From an uncultured Clostridia bacterium (GTDB lineage Bacteria; Bacillota; Clostridia; Christensenellales; Aristaeellaceae), in the NCBI GenBank assembly GCA_937907055.1, contig CALCTW010000048.1:1-17122 (forward strand): 17,122 nt of DNA. Reading direction: 5' to 3'. The notes under the pieces are model-generated. The model made no database searches, was not told where the DNA came from, and saw nothing but the letters and a program-made list of their open reading frames with translations. Positions within the stretch are counted from its first letter, which is position 1. Every line of letters begins with the position of its first letter. Below are positions 1 through 9,107 of this stretch, in pieces. Both the position numbers and the translations under genes were made by a program.

Positions 1-1
1 A

Positions 2-292
2 ATCACTGACACACAGGGCAACGCTATTTCCTGGAGCAGTGCAGGATCCCTTGGATTCCGCGGTTCCAAGAAGTCTACACCGTTTGCTGCACAGTCTGCT
101 TCCGAAACAGCAGCAAAAGCAGCTATGGAGCATGGTCTTCGCAGCGTTGATGTGTATGTCAAGGGACCTGGTTCCGGCCGTGAAAGTGCAATCCGTGCTC
201 TGCAGACAGCTGGTCTTCAGGTGACAATGATCAAAGACGTGACGCCAATCCCGCACAACGGATGCCGTCCGCCGAAACGTAGAAGAGTCTAA
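2..292 (+). CDS. rpsK: 30S ribosomal protein S11, C-terminal part (5' end is outside the window)
   Basis: The frame starting at nt 2 reads without stops: [96 protein letters not shown]. This is the conserved S11 C-terminus. TAA at 290-292. It is followed by rpsD-rpoA-rplQ in canonical order. It is absent from the ORF track because no start codon lies in the window. Confidence 0.93.
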   Translation: MTDTQGNAISWSSAGSLGFRGSKKSTPFAAQSASETAAKAAMEHGLRSVDVYVKGPGSGRESAIRALQTAGLQVTMIKDVTPIPHNGCRPPKRRRV

Positions 293-306
293 GGAGGAAG
301 TAAGCT

Positions 307-930
307 ATGGCTAGATATACAGGATCTGTCTGCAGACAGTGCCGCAGAGAAGGCGTTAAGCTCTTCCTTAAAGGTGACCGTTGCTATTCTGACAAGTGCG
401 CTATTACAAAGCGTCACACACCGCCGGGAATGCATGGACAGGGACGCAGAAAACAGTCTGAATATGGTATTCAGCTCCGTGAAAAGCAGAAAGTCCGTCG
501 TGCATATGGCATTCTGGAATCCCAGTTCAGAAAATACTATGACATGGCATCCAACATGCACGGTGTTACCGGTGAAAACATGCTCCAGCTGCTGGAGCTG
601 CGTCTTGACAACGTTATCTACCGTCTGGGCCTCGCCAAGACCCGCCGTATGGCGCGTCAGGTCGTCGGTCACGGTCATATCCGCGTCAACGGCGAAAAGG
701 TGGACATTCCTTCCTACTCTGTGAAGGTCGGCGATGTGATCACTCTGCGTCAGCGTTCTACTGAATCCGAAATGTTCAAGAGCCTGCGTGAGGGCACCGG
801 TGTGATGACTCCCAAGTGGCTGACTTTCGATGCCGCTCAGCTGACCGGCACCGTGGCCGCCCTGCCTACCCGCGAAGATATCGATTTCACGCTGCAGGAG
901 AACATGATCGTCGAATATTACAGCAGGTAA
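307..930 (+). CDS. rpsD: 30S ribosomal protein S4 (Cys4 zinc-finger form)
   Basis: 207 aa. N-terminus [31 protein letters not shown] has four Cys. S4 domain motif [30 protein letters not shown] is present. RBS AAGGAGG at 291-297. TAA stop. Confidence 0.97.
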   Translation: MARYTGSVCRQCRREGVKLFLKGDRCYSDKCAITKRHTPPGMHGQGRRKQSEYGIQLREKQKVRRAYGILESQFRKYYDMASNMHGVTGENMLQLLELRLDNVIYRLGLAKTRRMARQVVGHGHIRVNGEKVDIPSYSVKVGDVITLRQRSTESEMFKSLREGTGVMTPKWLTFDAAQLTGTVAALPTREDIDFTLQENMIVEYYSR

Positions 931-984
931 TAATCGATAAGCAGCGCAAAATCTCCCTAACTGACCGCAAGGAGGGCATCCAAC

Positions 985-1932
985 GTGATCATCGAAATCG
1001 AAAGAGCGCGTATCGAATGCACGGAGATGAGCGAAAACAACACTTTCGGTCGCTTCGTGATCGAGCCGCTTGAACGTGGCTTTGGGCATACGCTGGGCAA
1101 TAGCCTGCGTCGCGTACTGCTCAATTCCCTCCCCGGCGCCGCCGTGACCTGTGTCAATATCGACGGCGTGGCCCATGAATTCTCCACCATTCCCGGCGTC
1201 AAAGAGGATGTTACTGAGATCATCCTCAACCTGAAGCGTCTGTCTCTCAAGCTTTATTCTGATCAGATCAAGCGTGTAGAGATCAGCGCGGAAGGCCCGT
1301 GTGAAGTGACCGGCGCGGCCATCCGTGTCGATGACGAAGTGGAGATCGTCAACCCCGATCTGCATATCGCAACTCTGGGTGAAGGCGCGAAGCTGCATAT
1401 GTGGCTTACGCTGGACAAGGGCCGGGGCTATGTATCTTCAGAAAAAAATAAGGCAAATCAGAATGTTATCGGTGACATCGCCATCGATTCCATCTATACT
1501 CCCATCAGCAAGGTCAACTACATTGTCCAAGATACCCGTGTCGGGCAGCAGACGGACTATGATCGTTTGACCATGGAGATCTGGACTGACGGCAGCATCA
1601 AGCCCGATGAGGCGATGGCTCTGTCCGCCCGTATCCTGACTGAGCAGCTCTCCCTCTTCACCGGCCTGACCGAGCAGTCCATGCCCATCAGCATGGTGGA
1701 GCCTGAGAACAACAAGATGGAAAAAACACTGGAAATGACCATCGAAGATCTGGATTTGTCTGTCCGCGCTTACAACTGCCTGAAGCGCGCCGGTATCAAC
1801 ACGGTTTCCGAGTTGGTGCAGCGTGATGAAGAAGACATGATGAAAGTGCGTAACCTGGGCAAGAAGAGCTTGGAAGAGGTTGAACAGAAGCTTGAGGCAC
1901 TCGGCCTGAGCCTCCGTTCCGCCGAAGAGTGA
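985..1932 (+). CDS. rpoA: DNA-directed RNA polymerase subunit alpha
   Basis: 315 aa with a GTG start. Contains [34 protein letters not shown]-type N-terminal domain sequence and the C-terminal domain motif [34 protein letters not shown] at 969-976. TGA stop. Confidence 0.96.
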   Translation: MIIEIERARIECTEMSENNTFGRFVIEPLERGFGHTLGNSLRRVLLNSLPGAAVTCVNIDGVAHEFSTIPGVKEDVTEIILNLKRLSLKLYSDQIKRVEISAEGPCEVTGAAIRVDDEVEIVNPDLHIATLGEGAKLHMWLTLDKGRGYVSSEKNKANQNVIGDIAIDSIYTPISKVNYIVQDTRVGQQTDYDRLTMEIWTDGSIKPDEAMALSARILTEQLSLFTGLTEQSMPISMVEPENNKMEKTLEMTIEDLDLSVRAYNCLKRAGINTVSELVQRDEEDMMKVRNLGKKSLEEVEQKLEALGLSLRSAEE

Positions 1933-1948
1933 TAGGAGGAAGTTTCCA

Positions 1949-2461
1949 ATGGCATTAGAGCGTAAGCTGGGCCGTGTCGCCAGCCAGCGTAAGGCCCTTC
2001 TGCGTAACCTGGCCACCAATCTTCTGTGGTACGGTCGTATCGAGACCACCGAAGCCAAGGCCAAGGAAGTTCGCAGCATCGTAGAAAAAATGGTCACTCT
2101 CGCTATCCGCGAGTATGACAAGACTGTCGAAGTCGAAAAGGAATTCGACAATGAAGCGAAGCAGACCGTCAAAGAGACCTTTGTCAACGATCTGCCCAGC
2201 AAACTGCATGCCCGTCGTCTGATGATGGCTTACCTGTACGATGTAAAGGTTGCCAAGAACGATGACGAGACCAAGACTGAATACAAAGAGCGCACCAAGG
2301 ATGCCAAGCATCCTGTGGTGGAAAAGCTCTTCCGTGAGTACGGCCCCAAGTACCGTGCCCGCAATCAGGAAAAGAACTGCACCGGCGGCTATACCCGTAT
2401 GTATAAGATGGGTCCCCGTCGCGGTGATGGCGCTGAAATGGTCATCATCGAGATGCTGTAA
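1949..2461 (+). CDS. rplQ: 50S ribosomal protein L17 (long form, 170 aa)
   Basis: N-terminus [37 protein letters not shown] and C-terminus [25 protein letters not shown] are L17 hallmarks. RBS GGAGG at 1935-1939. It is the last gene of the alpha operon. TAA stop. Confidence 0.95.
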   Translation: MALERKLGRVASQRKALLRNLATNLLWYGRIETTEAKAKEVRSIVEKMVTLAIREYDKTVEVEKEFDNEAKQTVKETFVNDLPSKLHARRLMMAYLYDVKVAKNDDETKTEYKERTKDAKHPVVEKLFREYGPKYRARNQEKNCTGGYTRMYKMGPRRGDGAEMVIIEML

Positions 2462-2476
2462 TCCAGCCTGAAAGAA

Positions 2477-2507
2477 ACATCCGCTGTAAAAGGCGGATGT
2501 TTTTTTG
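2477..2507 (+). terminator. Rho-independent terminator of the alpha operon
   Basis: Perfect 8-bp stem ACATCCGC (2477-2484) / GCGGATGT (2493-2500) with an 8-nt loop, followed by a run of 7 T. It starts 16 nt after the rplQ stop. Confidence 0.9.
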
Positions 2508-2591
2508 TGCCTGTAAAGCATTTATTGGAGCAGCCGGTCACACTGAAAATCGCCCCAAATGTAAAATTGCCCCGCGCGCGGCCCGCATTTA

Positions 2592-2621
2592 TTGACACAG
2601 GCTTTTCGCTTGTGCTATTCT
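2592..2621 (+). promoter_or_regulatory. Putative sigma-A promoter for the LCP gene
   Basis: TTGACA (2592-2597), 18-nt spacer, TATTCT (2616-2621), preceded by TGc (extended -10). About 45 nt upstream of the ATG at 2669. Confidence 0.4.
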
Positions 2622-2668
2622 ATGCGTGCGCTTGATTGGCGCATATCAGATAAAGAAAGTGATCTGCA

Positions 2669-3979
2669 ATGAAAAAATTTCTTAGTATCCTGCTTGTTTT
2701 CACCCTCCTTCTGTCGCTGTTTGGTTTCGCGCAGGCGGAGATCCGGGCAAATAATCCTTTGATCGATCCGCAGACTGTCAAGCCTGTAAAGACTGAGAAA
2801 GAGTATTTTAACCTCCTGATCCTGGGGATCGATTTCAGTGATAATAAATCCTATCGCATGAGCGGCGGCCGCAGTTCGGAAAAGGCCGATCTTTCCGGCT
2901 GCCACACCGATGCCATCATGGTCATCTCTGTGGATATCGAAACGGGCACCGTTCGCTTCATCTCCCTGCCCCGTGACACCGTCACCTATGTGCCGGGTGT
3001 TCAGGGTCTGTATAAGCTGAATGCCGCTTTCAATTGCGCCGATAACATCGATCAGGGCTTGAAGAACATCGTCAACGCGTCCTCCTGGCTTCTGGGCGGC
3101 GTTGAGATCGACGCCTACGTAGCTGTGGATGTGGACGCCCTCATCACCCTGTGCGATACCATGGGCGGCCTTGATTATGACATGGATATGGCCTATCATT
3201 CCGGCAGCCGTTATTATCAGAAGGGTATGCAGCATCTGGACGGACAGGGCATTTTCGATTATGTCCGCGCCCGCAAGAACGCCACAGATAATGTGAACGA
3301 TATCACCCGTACCAATCGTCAGCGCAAGATGATGATGGCCATCGTTTCTTATCTCAAGGCCAATCCCAAGAAGGTCGTCAAGCTCTGGGCCAAAGCCATG
3401 AGCGGCGATATCAACTGCTTTACCGATCTGACCGGCCGGGATTATAAAACGCTTTATTCCTTCTTCACCGGTATGGATCATATGTCCTTGGAAAGCTATG
3501 TGCTCAATTGCAATCTCCACCGCACGCTGGATTGGAATTTCAATTTCCCCTACCTTGCGGAACGTCTCGAAATGCTGAAGAATCTCTTTGGCATCGATGC
3601 TTATGATCTGCCCTACAGCACCAACTCCTACGCTGAATGGCTGAAGGCGTATGGCTTCACCAATGCCAAGCGCATCCATGTGGCGCGTGATATCTATGCT
3701 TACTGCAAGTCCGTTGAGAATAAGACGGAAGAAGAGCAGCAGCTGACGGACGCGCTCGATCAGGCGATCGATGCCGCTGTTCTGGCCTATGACGCGGAAT
3801 CCCTTCAGCGCAACGGAACCAATCTGGACGCGATGGAAAAGGCCGTTTCCGCCATGATGCGCGCCGCTGATAGGGCAGCCGAAAAGTGTGGATATCCTGC
3901 CGAATACCGCTGGTACCTGACCGATCTGTGGTATAAGGATCCCGCCATCAACGCCTGGAATCAGATCAACTGGAACTGA
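2669..3979 (+). CDS. LytR-CpsA-Psr (LCP) family cell-envelope glycopolymer transferase, secreted or anchored, with a ~200 aa C-terminal extension of unknown function
   Basis: 436 aa. Signal or anchor peptide MKKFLSILLVFTLLLSLFGFAQA. LCP-type motifs: FNLLILGID, HTDAIMVISVD, FISLPRDT, YKLNAAF, IDAYVAVDVDALITLCDTMGG, GMQHLDGQGIFDYVRARK and DITRTNRQRKMMMAI. TGA stop. Confidence 0.85.
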   Translation: MKKFLSILLVFTLLLSLFGFAQAEIRANNPLIDPQTVKPVKTEKEYFNLLILGIDFSDNKSYRMSGGRSSEKADLSGCHTDAIMVISVDIETGTVRFISLPRDTVTYVPGVQGLYKLNAAFNCADNIDQGLKNIVNASSWLLGGVEIDAYVAVDVDALITLCDTMGGLDYDMDMAYHSGSRYYQKGMQHLDGQGIFDYVRARKNATDNVNDITRTNRQRKMMMAIVSYLKANPKKVVKLWAKAMSGDINCFTDLTGRDYKTLYSFFTGMDHMSLESYVLNCNLHRTLDWNFNFPYLAERLEMLKNLFGIDAYDLPYSTNSYAEWLKAYGFTNAKRIHVARDIYAYCKSVENKTEEEQQLTDALDQAIDAAVLAYDAESLQRNGTNLDAMEKAVSAMMRAADRAAEKCGYPAEYRWYLTDLWYKDPAINAWNQINWN

Positions 3980-4004
3980 TATCGAGATTAAGTTCTTTAT
4001 AAAA

Positions 4005-4037
4005 CAAAACAGAGAGCTGTTCGGGCTCTCTGTTTTG
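4005..4037. terminator. Bidirectional terminator hairpin between the convergent LCP and addB genes
   Basis: Perfect 13-bp stem CAAAACAGAGAGC (4005-4017) / GCTCTCTGTTTTG (4025-4037) with a 7-nt loop. T-rich sequence follows the stem on both strands. Confidence 0.88.
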
Positions 4038-4050
4038 CTTTATTGATGGA

Positions 4051-7000
4051 TCAGTTTTCGCTTTCCGTCATGACAGCCGCGGCATTTTCATCCGCCGTCA
4101 GCAGGCGTTCAAACAGCTCCTTCATCGACATCTTGTCCACTGTGCGCGTCTTTCCGCTCGGGTCACGGCGGCACAGCGCGGCGTGTTTGCAATAATCACA
4201 GGGAGAAGACGTTTTCTGCGCGGCGGGATCGGCATGGATGTGTCCTGCCATGATCTGTTCAGCCAGGTCGATCGCCTTGTTTTTCGCGTGTTCGATCATG
4301 GCTGTGATCTCCTGCAGGCTCGCGGCAGGCGCGTTTTCTGAGAATTTCCCGTCTTTATTCAGTGCCCTTGGCAGAGAGGCGGGTTCGTCCCCATTGTCCA
4401 CCAGCCGCCATACCTTCACATCCTTCAGCCCCAGTCCTTTCAGCCGCAGCTTGGCTGCCAGCGCGTTTTCAATGTCCTTCAGGGCTTCCTTTTCGGTCAG
4501 CAGCGGATCATCGATGTGTGAATAGAACATGCCGGCCGGCTGTGCCTGCGGCTCATTCTCCAGCAGCACCGCCATGTACAGCAGCAATTGCAGCTGCAAT
4601 CCCCACCAGATCTGTCCGGCCTTCAGTTCCTTGTTTGATGATTTATAGTCCACCACGCGCAGATACAGGCCTTCGTCACCTTCGTAGCGGTCCACGCGGT
4701 CGATCCGGCCCTCCAGATAGATCCTGGATCCATCCTTTAATGTCAGCGGCAGCGCGGGCAGGGAATCCTCATCCGATTTGCCGAATTTGATCTCCTGCGC
4801 GTCCGGGCGGAAGGCGCTGTTTTGGGATGTGCGTGTGAACACCCAGGCCACCCGCTTCACGGCCTTTTTGTATTTTTCCATCGCGTTTTGCAGCCGCGCG
4901 TAATCGCCCACCGGTGACTCACGCATCAGTTTTTCCGTCAGCGGCCGGATCGCTTCATCCATGGCCGCGTCGCAGGTCTGTTTGCTTATTCTCGGCCAGC
5001 CCTGCATCTCCGGCAGCAGCCGTGTAAAACGCTCCATGGCATCGTGATAGAAGTTTCCCAAATCATTGCTTTCAAAGGTCCATTCTTTGCGTTCGACCGG
5101 CTTCAATCCGTGATCGGCAAAGTGCTTGAACGGGCAGGAGGCAAAGCTCTCCAGCCTGCTGATGGATACCTTGCGCTCCATAAACAGCTCTTTCGCGATC
5201 TCGCGGGGCAGGTCATCCGCTGTCGCCTCATGAAAGGCTGATTTCAGCTTTTCGGCTTCCCCCCGGGTGTTTTCATCCCGGTTCAGGTAAGCCCAGGCTT
5301 CCTGCCATTCCTCCGTCATATCCCCCGGCGTGTTTTCACGCAGCCGTACGGATAACGCGCTCAGCGCGCTTTGCGGCGAACGGGGCTTCTGCGCGCCCTG
5401 ACGCATTTTCACGCTGCCCTGTATTTCCAAGGGAAACTGGCTCAGGATCATATTGATGCTGCTCACCTTTCCCAGCGCGCGTCCGTCCTGTGTGGCGGTC
5501 GGGTAGGAGAGGAACAGCTTTTTTCGCGGCGCGGAGAAGGCCTTCCAGATATCCAGCTGCTTCATGGCATCCTGCTCCCGTCCGGAGAGAGAAAGGTGTA
5601 CTTTCTCCCGCTCTTCCAGCGCGATCCGCTCCGGATCCGTCAGCAGCTCCGGCGCGGCCGGATCCATCATGCTGTCGTTCAGCGCGCACGCGAACAGAAC
5701 ATCCAGTCCGTTCAGCGGCATATTGCCGATCATGCCGCAGTTCAAGCATCCGGTTTCAGGCGGCAGGGAGGAAAGCTTCTTTTCCTGCAGCCCGGCCTCC
5801 AGATGATCGGCCAGCGATGCCGCTCTGCAGGTCATTCCCTCCATGATCGTGTCCATCTGATCCAGCAGCTGCATCAGGGTTTCCCATATCTGCGCGGTCT
5901 GGATCGCCTTTTCGGTCAGTCCGTTCACTTCCAGCAGCCGGGTGTTCTCTTCCAGCCTGTCCGGCGCGCCGCTCAGGGTCAGAAAGTCGTATACCGCGGT
6001 CAGCGCGTCACGGATCGGCGCTTCCTTTTGCTCAAACACAAGGAATAACGGCTCAAAAGGCGCCAGCAGCTTCTGGCGGATCAGCTCGTTCTCCGTGATC
6101 TCCTCCGCATCACCCCTTGTCAGGGGATGCAGAAAACGCTCGCCGCGGATCCCGTACGCCAGGCAGTAGTTCTCAAATCGGAAGCATTCCGTGTCCGTCA
6201 GCGGCGCGTATCCGCTGTGCAGCAGGTCATATACATCCTCAGGTTTCCACCCGTCCAGGCAGTGCAGGGCGCTCAGCAGATACACCGATACCCCGTGGGA
6301 GCCTGCGGGCAGCTTATCCGAGATGTACACCGGTATATTGTATTCCTTCATCACGGCGCTGAGCAGCGCGGTCTGATCCGTGCCCATCGCGACAGCCATC
6401 TTCTCAAAGGGAATACCATCGTGATTCAGTTCCAGTATCTTTCCCGCGATCGCGTGCAGCTCCGTATAGGCGTTCGGCATGGCCGAGAGGGTGATGTTCT
6501 CTTCATCGCCGCGGTATTTGTCGGGATAATCGCTGTAAAAGGTTTTCTGCAGGTGCCGCAGGTCCCCGGCCGCGTCGCTTTCGCATTTCAGCACGTCCAT
6601 GCTTTCGCCCTGCAGCTTCTCCATGCTTTTTCGCACGGGGCCGAAAAGCTCGTTGCCCTGCATGCACACCATCAGCACGTACACCTGATCCGCGCAGCCG
6701 GCCATCATGCCGGTCAGGTGGCTCAGCTGTTCTGTCATCATATCAAAGCCGTAAACGAACACCGCGGCGCGGTCCAGCAGCCTGCTGTCCGCGATCCGCT
6801 CCATCATTTCCAGCATTTCATCCGCGCTGTCCATAAAGCGGCCTTCCGTCAGCTGCTCATACCCTTCATAGATCACCGCGATATCTTTATATTTGTGCTT
6901 TGTCGCGCCTTCGCAGGTCTCCGCGTGCGCCCGGATCTGCTCGCTGCTGAGGAAGCCCTGCTTCAGCTGACTGATCAGGACCCCCATCTTTTCAATAAAT

Positions 7001-7338
7001 CCGCGGTTCTCGGCGCAGCTGCGATAGTATTCCAGCCGGTCCTTTCTTTCGCTCAGCACACGGGCGAGCGCCATCTGCCGCCCGCTCCGGTCAATATGCG
7101 TACGCGCGTTGCTGCCGGAAAGCGAAAAAACACGGCTGCACAGGCGGGTGGGCGACAGCACTTCCATGTCAAAAAAACCGGGCAGGTCCATGTCCTTCAG
7201 CAGCCTTCGCTCCGTGTCCAGCGTATATTGCTCCGGCACCAGTACGATCACCTTCTGCCCCTGCGCGCGGCAAAGCTTTGCCTTTTCCAGCAGGGTGTGC
7301 CACAGCTCATGCGGATAACCGTTGATCTTGTACAGCAT
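4051..7338 (-). CDS. addB: AddB/RexB-type helicase-nuclease subunit (PD-(D/E)XK nuclease with Fe-S cluster). The N-terminal Walker A motif is absent.
   Basis: 1095 aa. The N-terminus resembles AddB (VIVLVPEQYTLDTERRLL, VLSPTRLCSRVF). The position of the usual GxGKT/S P-loop reads INGYPHELWHT. C-terminal nuclease domain: SISRLESFASCPFKHF, GRIDRVD...VVDYKS, and CDYCKHAALC, giving the C...CxxCx5C iron-staple cysteines. RBS AGAGG is 5 nt upstream of the ATG. TGA stop. Confidence 0.88.
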   Translation of the reverse strand: MLYKINGYPHELWHTLLEKAKLCRAQGQKVIVLVPEQYTLDTERRLLKDMDLPGFFDMEVLSPTRLCSRVFSLSGSNARTHIDRSGRQMALARVLSERKDRLEYYRSCAENRGFIEKMGVLISQLKQGFLSSEQIRAHAETCEGATKHKYKDIAVIYEGYEQLTEGRFMDSADEMLEMMERIADSRLLDRAAVFVYGFDMMTEQLSHLTGMMAGCADQVYVLMVCMQGNELFGPVRKSMEKLQGESMDVLKCESDAAGDLRHLQKTFYSDYPDKYRGDEENITLSAMPNAYTELHAIAGKILELNHDGIPFEKMAVAMGTDQTALLSAVMKEYNIPVYISDKLPAGSHGVSVYLLSALHCLDGWKPEDVYDLLHSGYAPLTDTECFRFENYCLAYGIRGERFLHPLTRGDAEEITENELIRQKLLAPFEPLFLVFEQKEAPIRDALTAVYDFLTLSGAPDRLEENTRLLEVNGLTEKAIQTAQIWETLMQLLDQMDTIMEGMTCRAASLADHLEAGLQEKKLSSLPPETGCLNCGMIGNMPLNGLDVLFACALNDSMMDPAAPELLTDPERIALEEREKVHLSLSGREQDAMKQLDIWKAFSAPRKKLFLSYPTATQDGRALGKVSSINMILSQFPLEIQGSVKMRQGAQKPRSPQSALSALSVRLRENTPGDMTEEWQEAWAYLNRDENTRGEAEKLKSAFHEATADDLPREIAKELFMERKVSISRLESFASCPFKHFADHGLKPVERKEWTFESNDLGNFYHDAMERFTRLLPEMQGWPRISKQTCDAAMDEAIRPLTEKLMRESPVGDYARLQNAMEKYKKAVKRVAWVFTRTSQNSAFRPDAQEIKFGKSDEDSLPALPLTLKDGSRIYLEGRIDRVDRYEGDEGLYLRVVDYKSSNKELKAGQIWWGLQLQLLLYMAVLLENEPQAQPAGMFYSHIDDPLLTEKEALKDIENALAAKLRLKGLGLKDVKVWRLVDNGDEPASLPRALNKDGKFSENAPAASLQEITAMIEHAKNKAIDLAEQIMAGHIHADPAAQKTSSPCDYCKHAALCRRDPSGKTRTVDKMSMKELFERLLTADENAAAVMTESEN

Positions 7339-7347
7339 ATCAGCCTC

Positions 7348-7989
7348 TTACAGTGTAATAGAAAGCGCGAACAGCAGCTGCGCCGCGTAGTAGGTCACAA
7401 GGCATATGTAGCCATAGGCCTTGCTTTGGATGTTCCGTGTCACGCGCACAGCCAGCAGGACATCGGAAATGATAAAGCATCCGGCGGCGATCAGCAGCAC
7501 GGGCTTCTGCGTCACCGCCATGCCCAGCAGGGGGCAGAGGATCAGCGCGTACAGCAGCGCGAAGCCCGGCTTCCGGAAGGCGGATCCCGCGTTCACCGCG
7601 CTTCGGATCACGGCATATATGATCAGGTCCGCGGCGATCGCCGCGCCGGTCACATACAGGTTGACGGCTTCAGGCGCTCTCATCAGGCACATCGCGGCAA
7701 TATAGCAGATATGTCCCAGTGAAAACAGCGCCACGCCGGGCGCGGGCCTGTAATTCAATGTATAATCCGCGGCCGCGCCGAGGAACAGCCCCCAGCAGAT
7801 CAGCCAGGCGCTCATCTGCGCGGTGTTCACCGCCATGCTCAGCGCCGCGAAGGCGGAGGAGAGGGTCACCAGCGCCTTGAAGCTGCTGCTTACCGCTCTC
7901 GGAAAGCCCTTTTTGTGCTTTGTTTCCATATACAGCGCGCAGAACACGCATTGAAATACGATCAGGGGGATCAGAATATAAAGGGGCAC
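7348..7989 (-). CDS. YhhN-family (lysoplasmalogenase / TMEM86-like) integral membrane protein
   Basis: 213 aa, polytopic. YhhN-type motifs LGAAADYTL...GVALFSLGHICYIAA and AAGCFIISDVLLAV. GTG start with RBS GAGGTG 6 nt upstream. Its stop lies 9 nt before the addB ATG, so it is probably co-transcribed with addB. Confidence 0.75.
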   Translation of the reverse strand: MPLYILIPLIVFQCVFCALYMETKHKKGFPRAVSSSFKALVTLSSAFAALSMAVNTAQMSAWLICWGLFLGAAADYTLNYRPAPGVALFSLGHICYIAAMCLMRAPEAVNLYVTGAAIAADLIIYAVIRSAVNAGSAFRKPGFALLYALILCPLLGMAVTQKPVLLIAAGCFIISDVLLAVRVTRNIQSKAYGYICLVTYYAAQLLFALSITL

Positions 7990-8106
7990 AGGATCACCTC
8001 GGTTTCAGATCAGGTCGTGTCCTTATCATTTCGCCGTTCCGCTGCCGAAATCCTGCCTTTTTACATCTCATCCGCCGCGGAAAGGGCATTATTGCCATGC
8101 GCCGCA

Positions 8107-8135
8107 TTGACCGTATTTTCCCTTTGTGGTATAAT
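8107..8135 (+). promoter_or_regulatory. Sigma-A promoter of the DUF1934 / hypothetical / MBL operon
   Basis: TTGACC (8107-8112), 17-nt spacer ending in TGg, TATAAT (8130-8135). About 50 nt upstream of the GTG at 8185. Confidence 0.7.
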
Positions 8136-8184
8136 CCTGCGTACAGGGTTTCCTGTCAATCCTTCGTGAGGAGGTGATCTCACC

Positions 8185-8616
8185 GTGAGAGCACAACAGG
8201 TGGTGCTGACTGTCAATGGTTCGGCCCAGGGAGAAGAAGATGAGGGCGTTCGTCTGATGACGACCGGTCTGCTTTCCGGGAAGGAAAGCCATTGGAAGCT
8301 GCGCTACAATGAGATCTCGCCTGATAACGCCGTCAGCCATCATGTGACTGTCAGCATGGATGACGGTGTCGTCACCATGCAGCGCGAGGGGGAGTTTACC
8401 ACCTCCATGGTCTTTGAAAAGGGTCATCGTTTTGAGGGCAATTATGTCACGCCCTTCGGCAATATCGAAATGGGTGTCTATCCCACCCGCGTCCAGTATC
8501 AGGTGGCGGAAGAGGGGAAGGGCGAGGTGAATCTTCAGTATCAGCTCGATCTGAGGGGGCAGTTCGCCGCCATGCATGAGATCAATATTCGTTTCGCGCC
8601 GGGGAAGCATTCATGA
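8185..8616 (+). CDS. DUF1934 (YwiB-like beta-barrel) protein
   Basis: 143 aa with a GTG start and GGAGG at 8170-8174. The pattern is typical of DUF1934: HWKLRYNE, VTVSMDDGVVTMQREGEFTTSMVFEKG, TPFGNIEMGVYPTRV and NLQYQLDL. The family call is from my recollection of the family and is not searched. Confidence 0.7.
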   Translation: MRAQQVVLTVNGSAQGEEDEGVRLMTTGLLSGKESHWKLRYNEISPDNAVSHHVTVSMDDGVVTMQREGEFTTSMVFEKGHRFEGNYVTPFGNIEMGVYPTRVQYQVAEEGKGEVNLQYQLDLRGQFAAMHEINIRFAPGKHS

Positions 8617-9092
8617 CGGCGCAGGCGATCTGGGCCCGCTTGCGGGCTTTGGCGCGACAGCACGCGGGCCGCACGGTATACAGGCCTACGAAGCCTGCCG
8701 CGCTTTTTGTATGCGATCAACCGCCCGAAGCCGCTTCGGAGGACTGGCAGGTTTTTCAGCAAAAGGGGCAGTGGTATTACACGCCCTCTGTTTCCCTTCT
8801 TCAGCGGGAAGGTCTCCTTCCTTCGCTGCCGTCACCTTCCGCGCGGGTTCTCCTGCAAACGGAAACAGAGCACATCCTTCACACCTGCGCGGTCCGCTGC
8901 CTCAGGGAAACCGCGCCGGAGCAGGATCCGGAGCTCCTCATGCTCTGCCTCTATCATCTGGCCTTTGGTCAGACCGATGCCCTGGCCCGCGCGCTGCCCG
9001 GGGTCATCGCGCGCAGGCTTCGCGATAAACAGCCGCTCAGTCGGGCAGCCGGCACGCTGATCATTCATCACCTTATTTCACAATCATCATAA
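8613..9092 (+). CDS. Hypothetical protein, 159 aa, no recognisable domain
   Basis: The ATG overlaps the DUF1934 stop (ATGA at 8613-8616). It ends 15 nt before the RBS and ATG of the MBL gene. No transmembrane segment. Uses TCA, CAA, AGG and CTT codons that the neighbouring genes avoid. Confidence 0.55.
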   Translation: MTAQAIWARLRALARQHAGRTVYRPTKPAALFVCDQPPEAASEDWQVFQQKGQWYYTPSVSLLQREGLLPSLPSPSARVLLQTETEHILHTCAVRCLRETAPEQDPELLMLCLYHLAFGQTDALARALPGVIARRLRDKQPLSRAAGTLIIHHLISQSS

Positions 9093-9107
9093 TCGGAGGA
9101 GATTATC

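Noticed and set aside
6127-7722. 531 aa plus-strand ORF inside addB/YhhN. Similar long antisense ORFs occur at 289-1398, 2615-3679, 1438-2202, 9087-9965 and 12092-13258.
   Set aside because: Same shadow-ORF effect, opposite well-supported genes (addB, rpsD/rpoA, LCP, rpoA/rplQ, MBL, DUF2974). They have no RBS and no recognisable motifs.
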